DNA of 13,081 nt from Candidatus Nitrosocosmicus sp. (GCA_037720485.1 JBBJMN010000056.1:1-13081); one strand, 5' to 3'; numbered from the stretch's first letter, positions 1 to 7,930 are shown. Made by a program: numbers and translations. Notes: a model not told the origin generated them from the sequence alone.

Positions 1-1477
1 TCAGCACACATTACCACGTTTACAAATTAGATTTGTAAATGATGAAATAGTCAAAACTTGTCATTATCATTTTTATAATATTTATGGATTAAATTGTAAT
101 ATGTAAATTTCAAAATAAATGGTGTTTTTTTATTAAATTTAAAGGTTCCTGGAAATGAAATGATGGCTAATACCGTATACATTTTCTCCTTTAATGTAAA
201 TATTGTTTTTATCAGGACTGTGGTGAATGTCCCCACATGAACTTGTTAATGGAAAGATGATTAAGGCGACAACAAAGTAATTTGATGGGGTTTTTTACCA
301 AAAACATTCGGCAATTATGGCCAATCCGATGCAAATTCCTTTTTGAAAAAAAAAAACTTCAAGGTGGCGATAACAATGTTAAACCATACACTTGAGTGTG
401 ATGTTAGGTATATGCAAATATCGAACCTCAATCGCTATTGAAAATGCCCATATTACTTTAGCCCAGAATGCTATGTGCTGTCCAAGAGCACAAATCCGCC
501 CGAAATGCTTATTCGCAAAGACATTTTGTTGCAGGCAATAGCATGAGATATACATGATATTGCTTTGAGTCTGCTTGGGTATCTGGTATGGTGCGGCAAC
601 AACGAAACAAATCAATAGGGGGGGGGTGATAAGCAAGTTTTACTAAAATATGTGAATGCAGCAGCAGTTGCTAGCCTGCCATAACAAAATAGCCTTCATA
701 TGCAATGTATATTGGGCAGATATGATGTGGATTGTTATTATTGGAGGGTGATTTAGTTGCCGCTTCACTGTAGAATATTATGATCATCGTTGGATTCTAT
801 GCTGCATCGAGTTGGATTATACGTTGAATCAAATGCTTTATTTATATATTCGAATCGCCAGTAGATATACTTAAGGAAAATTCCTCAGCCATTGATATAC
901 AAATGTACACAGGTTCGTTTTATTTTATTTATCAAGGTAGGGTCGGGACAATAGTGCATATATGCCTCTCCCTTTATTTATAAACAGAAAGTTTTTTGAA
1001 TCTATGGTCATACGGGAAACTGGCTCTTTCAGGCAAAAAAATGAGGGGTTATTGTTGTTGTTTGACCCTGCTGTAACTCCACCTTTATACCCTTTCCATT
1101 TGGGATCGCATATTTCCATTTTGCTGAATTCTATATCGGGTATTCCGTTATGGTGTGTTGACTTTGTGATTTCGTTTTTTGCCTCCGCCTTTTCTGCATA
1201 TCCTGCTTCTCATTTCGCCAAAATCAAAAAACCTGTGAAACCATTCATTATAGTCATTATTGTTATCTATGGGCCCTGCATTCATAATTTGTCACCTACA
1301 GTATGTAACAACCTGCTTTACGTATGGTAACATCCCATGTGGAAGACATGGCAAATTCGTTTTGTTAAGTTTGGCTGAATATCTTATGTCAATATCTTAG
1401 GGATGCATCACACAAGAATTGCCGTTTCTTTGGTGTGATGGGGCATTACATCGGGCAAATGAATTTTCAGTTGGCAA

Positions 1478-2395
1478 TCAGTTATTATAGGCTGTTGCAA
1501 CAAATACATCCCATGGAAAGGTGATTATGCCTCTGTGATCTGCATACCTATCGGCGGTTTCTTTTGATTCTTTTTTTATGGATGATATTGTGCTATCTCC
1601 TTTTGACTCAATCATATGGCGGATTGAGTTTGCAGTTGAAGACATGTAGTCAGACCAATAATCCTCAAATGCTCCTGCCTGATAACAAAAAGTGTGTTTT
1701 TTTATTGATATTTCAGAAAGGCCAGCGCTCTTTAATATGTTGGATAGATCGCCGGGATTACCAAATGCGTGAACTGATGGGGAATTGTTAGGTCTTATGT
1801 TTGGGATATACCTTAATATGCAGTCCATTATACAGCTAAAATAGGGAACACCTTTTGGAGAGCCGTGAACTGCTATGGATAGTTTCCCGCCCTTCTTTAA
1901 AATCTCTTTCAGTTCTTTAAGAACCGATAGCGGGTTTGGAAAGAACATCAAGCCAAATTGGCACAAGATTTTGCTAAAAAAGGACTTGCGAAACCCCAAG
2001 TTTTCGGCATCCATTTCAATTAGCATGAGTCTTGCAAAATTAGGCGGTGTTGGTAATTTGGCTATCGATAGTGCAGTTCTTGAAATGTCCACTCCGATTA
2101 AAAGACCTTTGACCCCAACATCCCCAACACCCTTGTTGACTCCCATGGTTTTACCCATTGCCTTGACTATCTCTTTTGAAACTGCGCCTGTCCCACATGC
2201 GAGATCGAGTACAATGTCATTTGGATTTATTTGGGCTGATTCCACTAGTTTTTTTGTTGATTTGAAAGGTCCTGTATCTGTGCTTGCCCAATTTTTGTGA
2301 TATGTAGAAGCTACGGCATTCCAGTTTGTTTTGGTATTGATTTTATACTGGACTGGATCAAAAGCTGAAGGTGTTGTTGAATTTGGCTTATCCAA
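1478..2395 (-). CDS. Class I SAM-dependent methyltransferase (UbiE/COQ5 / Methyltransf_11-like)
   Basis: 305-aa ORF with SAM-binding motif I (VLDLACGTGAVS), then GVDIS, IEMDAENLGF, and KEILKKGGKLSIAV typical of the Rossmann-like MTase fold. The only in-frame start downstream of the in-frame stop at 2465-2467 is TTG at 2395. Both antisense ORFs (1564-1791, 1875-2300) look like shadows. Confidence 0.8.
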   Translation of the reverse strand: MDKPNSTTPSAFDPVQYKINTKTNWNAVASTYHKNWASTDTGPFKSTKKLVESAQINPNDIVLDLACGTGAVSKEIVKAMGKTMGVNKGVGDVGVKGLLIGVDISRTALSIAKLPTPPNFARLMLIEMDAENLGFRKSFFSKILCQFGLMFFPNPLSVLKELKEILKKGGKLSIAVHGSPKGVPYFSCIMDCILRYIPNIRPNNSPSVHAFGNPGDLSNILKSAGLSEISIKKHTFCYQAGAFEDYWSDYMSSTANSIRHMIESKGDSTISSIKKESKETADRYADHRGIITFPWDVFVATAYNN

Positions 2396-2714
2396 ATGCC
2401 ATTCATAAAAGGGAACAAAGGATATAATTATTTGGTTGGCATGTCCTTTAACGCTTTGGGATACCTAATGGGATACGCTGAACCCATTTTTTTATGACTG
2501 TGATTTTGCACTCATGCTAAATTGGCAAGCCATGTATATGAAATTAATTATCTGGCCTGTCGAAAAAGCCTAATGTTGATTATGTTGCCAAACCTATAGG
2601 AAATCGCATATCATGTGTTTTTGCAAATAACCTATAAAGTATTGCCTCTTGGCTTTTATTTTGTTTGGTCAATAACTCTATTGGTATGCGAATGCAAAAT
2701 AAATCTATTTAAAT

Positions 2715-3014
2715 TCACAGCCTCTTAATCTTGATTTCTTGTTGTTCATGTGATTTCTTGTTGTTCATGTGAATTCTCGTTGGAATGCTGAAAGAATTGT
2801 GGAAATGAATGTTGTCACAACCCCTCTCCTTTGACAGGAAATCCTCTATTTTATCTGAATATGTGTTTAGTCTATTGATCGTGTCTTGTCTTATAACACC
2901 GCTTACGTTCAATGCAATGCTATTTTCATAGTCTATTTCCAATAGCTCTCCATCAATACCGCTTAAAAGAACATATTCTAAATTAACGTCGTTATCTTCT
3001 TTGCCTGTGGCCAA
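2715..3014 (-). CDS. Hypothetical small acidic protein (99 aa); C-terminus altered by a 19-bp tandem duplication
   Basis: ORF with a TTG start. AT-rich TATA-like stretch (reverse complement of 3040-3053, AAAAATATAATAAT) about 30 nt upstream. No family recognised. Confidence 0.3.
   Translation of the reverse strand: MATGKEDNDVNLEYVLLSGIDGELLEIDYENSIALNVSGVIRQDTINRLNTYSDKIEDFLSKERGCDNIHFHNSFSIPTRIHMNNKKSHEQQEIKIKRL
2732..2769. repeat. Perfect 19-bp tandem duplication (TGATTTCTTGTTGTTCATG x2) plus a degenerate partial third copy to about 2785
   Basis: Read directly from the sequence: 2732-2750 equals 2751-2769. Confidence 0.9.
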
Positions 3015-3180
3015 TGTTTGGGTGATATTAACAATTGATCATTATTATATTTTTCACCAATTGAAATTTGATGTGTTTTTAGGTGTAATTTTTTATTGTT
3101 TGAATTTGTTTTTACTATCTTTGAATACATGAATATGGTTCCCTATAATGCGACAAAAACAACATTAAAGTAAACACTTA

Positions 3181-3225
3181 TTGTTGATGATGATGATGAT
3201 TGTGATGCTGCTGTTGATACTGCTG
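3181..3225. repeat. 45-nt tract with strict 3-nt periodicity, (NTG)15: TTG TTG ATG ATG ATG ATG ATT GTG ATG CTG CTG TTG ATA CTG CTG
   Basis: Read directly. 13 of the 15 triplets end in TG. Confidence 0.8.
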
Positions 3226-3489
3226 CACACTAACACACAAACCCCTCAATAATGAATTAAAATGATGATTAAATTTGCAATAGGGGATAAATTTTTTGGC
3301 TAGTCAAAGTTTTTGCCTTTTTTGATTTACTTTAAAATCCATTTGGTTTGTATTTGTAAAGATGCTTTAGTACCGCAAAACGAAACTTTAAAACAACTAA
3401 AACAAAACTGAATTGATATGCAGATAAAGTAATGTTCGTGGCTGTGACTTTAGGATAAATGATGATTTTCGATATATTGTATTGAGGTG

Positions 3490-3540
3490 AGGTGTTAAAA
3501 TTATAAACACCTGCTCTGTTCCTGCAGCTATTTTTTTTTT
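3490..3540 (+). terminator. Orphan hairpin (7-bp stem AGGTGTT/AACACCT, 9-nt loop) followed by T10, with no annotated plus-strand gene upstream
   Basis: Stem 3490-3496 pairs with 3506-3512. T10 at 3531-3540. Confidence 0.3.
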
Positions 3541-3563
3541 GTTTATGGGGATTGTGTGCTGTA

Positions 3564-3791
3564 TTATTTCTTAAGAATGTTTTCTGATATTTTCTGTTTT
3601 GGCTGAGTATCTTCTAGTTTGTATAACACTTTGTTGATATAATCGTTTGTTATGAATAAAGGCATATGTATTCTCAGTTCTTTTGGAAGCATTGAATTTA
3701 TTTTAACAAATAATTTTATTTTGTTGTTTGTATTGTCTTCGTAGATGCATTTTCTTATCATTTGCTTTAAACCCTCAGTATTATATCTCAT
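3564..3791 (-). CDS. Hypothetical small protein (75 aa)
   Basis: ATG-initiated ORF. Good TATA-like element on the minus strand (reverse complement of about 3812-3830, TTTTATACATATAAATA) about 30 nt upstream, consistent with a leaderless or short-leader mRNA. No recognisable motif. Confidence 0.35.
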   Translation of the reverse strand: MRYNTEGLKQMIRKCIYEDNTNNKIKLFVKINSMLPKELRIHMPLFITNDYINKVLYKLEDTQPKQKISENILKK

Positions 3792-3880
3792 GTTGTATAT
3801 TATATAACAAAGTATTTATATGTATAAAAGTTTTCCCATTCAAATTACTGTTTGATGAATAAAACCATATTGTTGGGCAT

Positions 3881-4120
3881 TTATTTTTGATTGGTATTTC
3901 GAGAACAGTCTTTAACTGGTTTGCTTTGTTTTTTTATCAAGGTGGGGGATCTCTTTGTAGCCGCAGCTATTATTGTTATTCTTTTGGAGATATAACTGCG
4001 TGGATCAAACGGGTAAACGATATCTTTTATGATTAGCCACTGATTGCCGATTTGTTGATTTTGTTGCTTTAAAGTTGTAATTTGGGATATTTTGTGGATG
4101 ATTCCTTTCAATTGTTTCAT
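3881..4120 (-). CDS. Hypothetical small basic protein (track start TTG 4132; ATG 4120 preferred)
   Basis: ORF with Q/K-rich, coiled-coil-like N-terminus (MKQLKGIIHKISQITTLKQQNQQ) and lysine-rich C-terminus. No family recognised. Confidence 0.25.
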   Translation of the reverse strand: MKQLKGIIHKISQITTLKQQNQQIGNQWLIIKDIVYPFDPRSYISKRITIIAAATKRSPTLIKKQSKPVKDCSRNTNQK

Positions 4121-4379
4121 TATTTGATACAAAAGATAAAATTTTTTTGTTAGTATTTGAGGTATATGTGTATTTCAAACAAAACGCTAATTGAAAACAA
4201 TGTGGAGTGATTTATCGTTTTTTGCTGCCCATGCATGTGATTTTTGGACACGAGTGTGTTTGTCTGGGTTTCGTGTTACGTAAATGCGCTAATATGTGTG
4301 TGTCCCTCTCATTAAGTTAGGATTATTATGCATTAAACTCTGAAGTAACGCATATACATTTTTAAAATATGTATCAATA

Positions 4380-4706
4380 ATGAATAATAACTTGGAATGG
4401 TGTGAACCTGGTCTTTCCTCATTGGGTGAAATTCGTTCGAATATTGATAAAATAGATAAAGAAATTGTTGTATTGTTGTGCCGACGCGGAGAGCTTGTCA
4501 AGCAAGCTGCAAGGTTTAAGCCTAATCCTGCAAATGTCAAAGATTTAAAAAGGTTGGAGCAAATTATTGAAAAAGTGACCTCGTATGCCAAAGAGATGAA
4601 TTTTGATTCGTTTACCATAGAAAACATATACCGCAATATGATTGAGCAGTTTATACAATTAGAGATGAAAACCTACTCTGATTTAAGGTCCAATTCAAAT
4701 AAATAG
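4380..4706 (+). CDS. Chorismate mutase, AroQ class (stand-alone, 108 aa)
   Basis: Typical AroQ helix-1 pattern LGEIRSNIDKIDKEIVVLLCRRGELVKQAARFK, plus later helices (LKRLEQIIEKV..., IENIYRNMIEQFIQLE). The size matches monofunctional AroQ proteins. The overlapping antisense ORF 4289-4636 is a shadow. Confidence 0.8.
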   Translation: MNNNLEWCEPGLSSLGEIRSNIDKIDKEIVVLLCRRGELVKQAARFKPNPANVKDLKRLEQIIEKVTSYAKEMNFDSFTIENIYRNMIEQFIQLEMKTYSDLRSNSNK

Positions 4707-4967
4707 TCTAAAGATGTGGATAGCTTTTAAAAGTACAAATAAAATTATTTGTTTCTCGTTTTTAATTTTCCAGTTTTTTGGGTTTGACCTCATGGATTTT
4801 ACATGACGCAAACCTAACGCATGCCTTTTTTTGACAGGTATGCCAATTTTTTACTTTATCTTGTTGTTGCTATATGCGTGTGATTTGCTGCAGGCCGGTC
4901 TGGTTTTGTAACCCATATAGCCCAGTTTGGTTTTAAGTTATTTGATAAAATACAAATATTGACTGTC

Positions 4968-4984
4968 TGCTATATGTGTGATAG
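4968..4984 (+). promoter_or_regulatory. Putative TATA box/promoter of the aminotransferase gene (TGCTATATGTGTGAT)
   Basis: The TATA-like core at 4970-4976 is centred about 25 nt upstream of ATG 4998 (spacing for a leaderless mRNA). A near-copy of the element lies 100 nt upstream, at 4868-4884. Confidence 0.35.
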
Positions 4985-4997
4985 GAACTAAATACTG

Positions 4998-6182
4998 ATG
5001 AAAATATCTGAGCGGCTTGGCAGAGTTGAATATGCGATACGTGATATAATATTGCATGCTAGAGAGTATCAGAAAACCGGTAAAAAAATTATATATCTAA
5101 ACATCGGCGATCCCGTAGCTTTTGATTTCAAGACCCCAACGCATATCAAAAACGCTTTAATCGATGCATTGACTCATGATAATGATTATTATACAGATTC
5201 TGAGGGATGGCCTGAATTGCGGCAGTCTATAGTTGAAAAGGAAAGCAAAAAAAAGGGACTGGCCCTTACCCCTGAAGATGTTTTGGTTACAAATGGTGTT
5301 TCCGAAGGATTGGATATGGTAATGGGTTCTATAGTTGAAGATAATGATGAAATACTGCTTCCTGGGCCTTATTACCCTCCCTATGCGTCTTATGCCAAGT
5401 TTTATGGGGGTAACATAAATGAGTTTAAGATCCTAGATGATGGCACACCTGACTTGGATGACTTGAGGAGCAAAATAAATGGCAAATCAAAAGCAATTTG
5501 CTTGATAAATCCCAACAATCCAACTGGAGAGGTTTTTGATCTAAAAAGCTTGAAATCTGTGATTGACATTGCTTCTGAGAATAATCTTTACATTATTTGT
5601 GATGAGATATACGATGGAATAGTTTTTGATGGTGGGTTTTCTGGAATCGGAAAAGTTGCTAAGGATTCTCCTGTGATTCTCCTTAACGGTTTTTCTAAAA
5701 CTTATTCGATGACCGGTTTGCGGTGTGGCTATATTTGCATAAATAACAATTCCCGTCAACTTGACTCCTTGAGGCGCAATATCTTTAAACTAGCAAGAGT
5801 CAGAATTGCCTCAAACTTTCCAGTCCAGATAGCCGCAAATGCAGCGTTAAAAGGCCCTCAAGATCATATTGATGAAATGGTGCAAAAGCTGCGTAAAAGA
5901 CGGGATTTGGTGTTCAAAAGACTCAACGAGTTCAATGGTGTGCATTGCAAGAAACCTAAAGGGGCCTTTTACTTGTTTCCTGAAATCAATCTTTCAAATA
6001 AATGGAAAACCGATTTGGAGTTTGTGATTGACATGCTGAATTCTACCGGTGTTTTGACTGTCCATGGGTCCGGGTTTGGAAATGATGGATCAAAGCATTT
6101 CAGGATTGTGTACCTTCCTGAGGAAAACATGTTGGAAGAGGCTATGGATAAAATCGATCTTTTCCTAAAGCGGGCTCTGTAG
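4998..6182 (+). CDS. Fold-type I (class I/II) PLP-dependent aminotransferase, aspartate/alanine/aromatic type
   Basis: 394 aa with NPNNPTGEVF, CDEIYDG, and SFSKTYSMTGLRCGY (Schiff-base Lys in SFSK). TATA-like CTATATG at 4970-4976 lies about 25 nt upstream of the ATG. Confidence 0.9.
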   Translation: MKISERLGRVEYAIRDIILHAREYQKTGKKIIYLNIGDPVAFDFKTPTHIKNALIDALTHDNDYYTDSEGWPELRQSIVEKESKKKGLALTPEDVLVTNGVSEGLDMVMGSIVEDNDEILLPGPYYPPYASYAKFYGGNINEFKILDDGTPDLDDLRSKINGKSKAICLINPNNPTGEVFDLKSLKSVIDIASENNLYIICDEIYDGIVFDGGFSGIGKVAKDSPVILLNGFSKTYSMTGLRCGYICINNNSRQLDSLRRNIFKLARVRIASNFPVQIAANAALKGPQDHIDEMVQKLRKRRDLVFKRLNEFNGVHCKKPKGAFYLFPEINLSNKWKTDLEFVIDMLNSTGVLTVHGSGFGNDGSKHFRIVYLPEENMLEEAMDKIDLFLKRAL

Positions 6183-6189
6183 ACTGGTT

Positions 6190-6462
6190 TTATTGTATCC
6201 CGTTTTGATAGTTTTTTCTTTTGATTTTTCCAAAATAGATGAGGACAATGCCCATAATTACCATTACAATCACGAATTTCTCATTTGTGATCTCCGAATT
6301 AGTAAAGTTGTCAATAAAAAACTCTATTCCCAACTCTGTGGTTATTAGAATAAGGTTTCTCAAAAAAATAATGGATGCCATCACAATGAACAGAACCCCT
6401 AACGGGAACATCCACTCCTTTCGGCTATTCCTTATTTTTTTGTCTATTCTGTCAAAATCCAT
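6190..6462 (-). CDS. Hypothetical small membrane protein (2 predicted TM helices, 90 aa)
   Basis: ATG start. Basic N-terminus (DKKIRNSRKEW), then two hydrophobic stretches (FPLGVLFIVMASIIFLRNLILI; FVIVMVIMGIVLIYF) and a basic tail. Lies 40 nt downstream of the same-strand oxidoreductase gene. The antisense ORF 6239-6493 looks less protein-like. Confidence 0.5.
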   Translation of the reverse strand: MDFDRIDKKIRNSRKEWMFPLGVLFIVMASIIFLRNLILITTELGIEFFIDNFTNSEITNEKFVIVMVIMGIVLIYFGKIKRKNYQNGIQ

Positions 6463-6502
6463 TTCAAAACCAGTTGTCGTTTTTTTGTATTAAAGGGTTG
6501 TC

Positions 6503-7177
6503 TTATACCAGTTTTATGCCCGGGTGCTTGATCTTGTTTTGTTTTGACGCGTTAAGTATCATTGGAGTCATCACTTCTGCCTGATATGACAGGGATAGGG
6601 GGCCAAGAAAAATTGACCTGAGCCCCTCAATTTCTTTTATTAGGCTGTTAACGACAGAAAGGTTTTCTTTATTGTCGGTACACACAAAGGTGTCTGCATT
6701 TAAGGGCATATTTGGGTTCTTTAGCTTTATTTCTGAAATTGTGTGAAAGGCAGATACAATTTTGTTACGGTTTGGGAGGTTTTCCGCAACCAACACCGCG
6801 GCAGATTTTTTTCCTTCTTCAATAGGTATGTAATAAAAACCGCTCTCATTTCTTCCCATGGGAACTATGGGCGAGATTATTACGCAATTGTCATTAATGG
6901 TGTTTGAGATGTCTTTGCACGTTCCAATTATGTTGTCGTAAGGAATGGAAAGAATTAAAACGTCACTTTCTTTCGATACGGATATGTTATCATTACCCGA
7001 TATAGTGCCATTTAGTTTGTCTGCACACGCGCCCTTAATGTAGTTTAGGTTGTCTTCAGCAGCTTTTTCTGCCTTTTGTTTGTCCCTAGATCCTATCAAA
7101 ACATTGTGGTTGAGGCACCACCTTTGGACAAAACCTTCCCCCATACCGCCAGTTCCGCCAATAATTCCGATTTTCAT
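6503..7177 (-). CDS. npdG: NADPH-dependent F420 reductase-like oxidoreductase (NADP oxidoreductase, coenzyme F420-dependent family)
   Basis: N-terminal Rossmann signature MKIGIIGGTGGMGEGF...VLIGSRDKQKAEKAAED, as in NpdG/Fno-type enzymes. I prefer ATG at 7177, which puts the GxGxxG motif at the N-terminus, over the track start at 7216. Confidence 0.7.
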   Translation of the reverse strand: MKIGIIGGTGGMGEGFVQRWCLNHNVLIGSRDKQKAEKAAEDNLNYIKGACADKLNGTISGNDNISVSKESDVLILSIPYDNIIGTCKDISNTINDNCVIISPIVPMGRNESGFYYIPIEEGKKSAAVLVAENLPNRNKIVSAFHTISEIKLKNPNMPLNADTFVCTDNKENLSVVNSLIKEIEGLRSIFLGPLSLSYQAEVMTPMILNASKQNKIKHPGIKLV

Positions 7178-7263
7178 ACTGATTGTGTCAATTAACTTGT
7201 TAGGTTTTAAATACATTTATGATCCAAACAGAGGGTGTTTTGAGGTCAATCCAATCGTTTAAT

Positions 7264-7277
7264 ATTAATATAATTTT
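7264..7277 (+). promoter_or_regulatory. Putative TATA box of the histidine phosphatase gene
   Basis: ATTAATATAATTTT, centred about 27 nt upstream of ATG 7297. Confidence 0.3.
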
Positions 7278-7296
7278 GATTTATTCTTGTTAAGTT

Positions 7297-7929
7297 ATGT
7301 CACTTATCATATTTATGAGGCATGGTCAAGCTAATAACAACGTAAAAAAACTTTTAGTTGGCAGAAATCTCGAGTCCCATTTGACTGATTTGGGGCGAGA
7401 ACAGGTTAAGCACACGGCTGGAATTCTGTCGACCATTGATATCCAAAAGATTTATTCAAGTCCCGTCATAAGAACGGTAGAGACTGCCGAAATTGTTTCC
7501 AATATTGTTAATGTGCCTTTTGATACGGATGAGCGACTGTTTGAGATAGAGTTAGGCAAACTTGTGGGCATGTATTATGATGATTTGATAAATACCCATG
7601 GCGATCTTTTTGTGAAGTTTTACAGTGACAATGATGACGACAATTCCCTTTTGGAATTTGAAGTTGAGTCGTTTGGCGCAGTGAAAAAAAGGGTATCCGA
7701 GTTATTAAGGGAAATAACAGCAAAACACAAAAACGAAAATGTTCTTCTTGTATCCCATTTGGACCCAATCAAGGCTGCCATTTCACTTGTAATGAATCTA
7801 AAACCCTCTTCAGTGTATAGCATTCAGGTGCCAAACGCCTCGCTGAATATATTTAAGAATGTCAATAACATTGTTTCGCTATGCGGAATAAACATAATGG
7901 ATATACGCAGATTCCTGCTGGAATATTGA
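7297..7929 (+). CDS. Histidine phosphatase superfamily protein (phosphoglycerate mutase-like, branch 1)
   Basis: N-terminal catalytic RHG motif (IIFMRHGQANNN), SSPVIRTVETAEI, and a C-terminal second catalytic His (LLVSHLDPIKA). TATA-like AATATAAT at 7267-7274 lies about 27 nt upstream of the ATG. Confidence 0.8.
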   Translation: MSLIIFMRHGQANNNVKKLLVGRNLESHLTDLGREQVKHTAGILSTIDIQKIYSSPVIRTVETAEIVSNIVNVPFDTDERLFEIELGKLVGMYYDDLINTHGDLFVKFYSDNDDDNSLLEFEVESFGAVKKRVSELLREITAKHKNENVLLVSHLDPIKAAISLVMNLKPSSVYSIQVPNASLNIFKNVNNIVSLCGINIMDIRRFLLEY

Positions 7930-7930
7930 A

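Noticed and set aside
618-626. G9 homopolymer as a G-quadruplex or phase-variation switch
   Set aside because: A single G-run cannot form an intramolecular quadruplex, and it is not inside or upstream of any credible gene. It is noted only as a compositional oddity.
51-636. Minus-strand ORFs 51-236 and 379-636
   Set aside because: They have non-ATG starts and low-complexity or odd composition (one spans the G9/C9 homopolymer). They have no motifs and no promoter-like context that I could see. They are kept only as part of the gene-poor-region finding.
849-860. TTCGAATCGCCA, resembling a tRNA T-loop followed by CCA
   Set aside because: The flanking bases cannot form a T-stem (TATAT against CGCCA). 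There is also no room for a 7-bp acceptor stem, and no D-arm or anticodon arm upstream.
925-1330. Mutually antisense ORFs 962-1330 (+, 122 aa) and 925-1119 (-, 64 aa)
   Set aside because: Neither has a recognisable motif, and they overlap each other. By a rough calculation, an ORF of about 120 codons arises by chance a few tenths of a time in a window of this size and composition. I could not decide which strand, if either, is coding.
1406-1440. 8-bp inverted repeat CATCACAC...GTGTGATG downstream of the methyltransferase gene, as a possible terminator
   Set aside because: The loop is long (about 19 nt) and there is no adjacent oligo-T on the coding (minus) strand. The evidence is insufficient.
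1564-2300. Plus-strand ORFs 1564-1791 and 1875-2300
   Set aside because: Both lie antisense within the methyltransferase gene, which has unambiguous SAM-binding motifs. They are shadow ORFs.
3459-3520. C-box-like ATGATGA (3459-3465), a possible C/D box sRNA; similar hits occur near 38-47 and 3262-3268
   Set aside because: No CTGA D or D' box lies at the expected 12- to 60-nt distances, and there are no terminal complementary bases.
4289-4636. 115-aa minus-strand ORF overlapping chorismate mutase
   Set aside because: It is antisense to an ORF with a clear AroQ signature. Its sequence is compositionally odd and has no motif, so it is a shadow ORF.
5541-5759. 72-aa minus-strand ORF inside the aminotransferase gene
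   Set aside because: It is antisense to a gene with clear PLP-aminotransferase motifs.
6239-6493. 84-aa plus-strand ORF opposite the small membrane protein
   Set aside because: The minus-strand reading gives a textbook 2-TM protein with positive-inside flanks and an ATG start, in line with the upstream same-strand gene. The plus-strand product looks less protein-like. This is not fully excluded.
7050-7823. ORFs 7050-7262 (+), 7508-7768 (-) and 7620-7823 (-)
   Set aside because: They are antisense or overlapping shadows of the F420/NADP oxidoreductase and histidine phosphatase genes, both of which have clear catalytic motifs.
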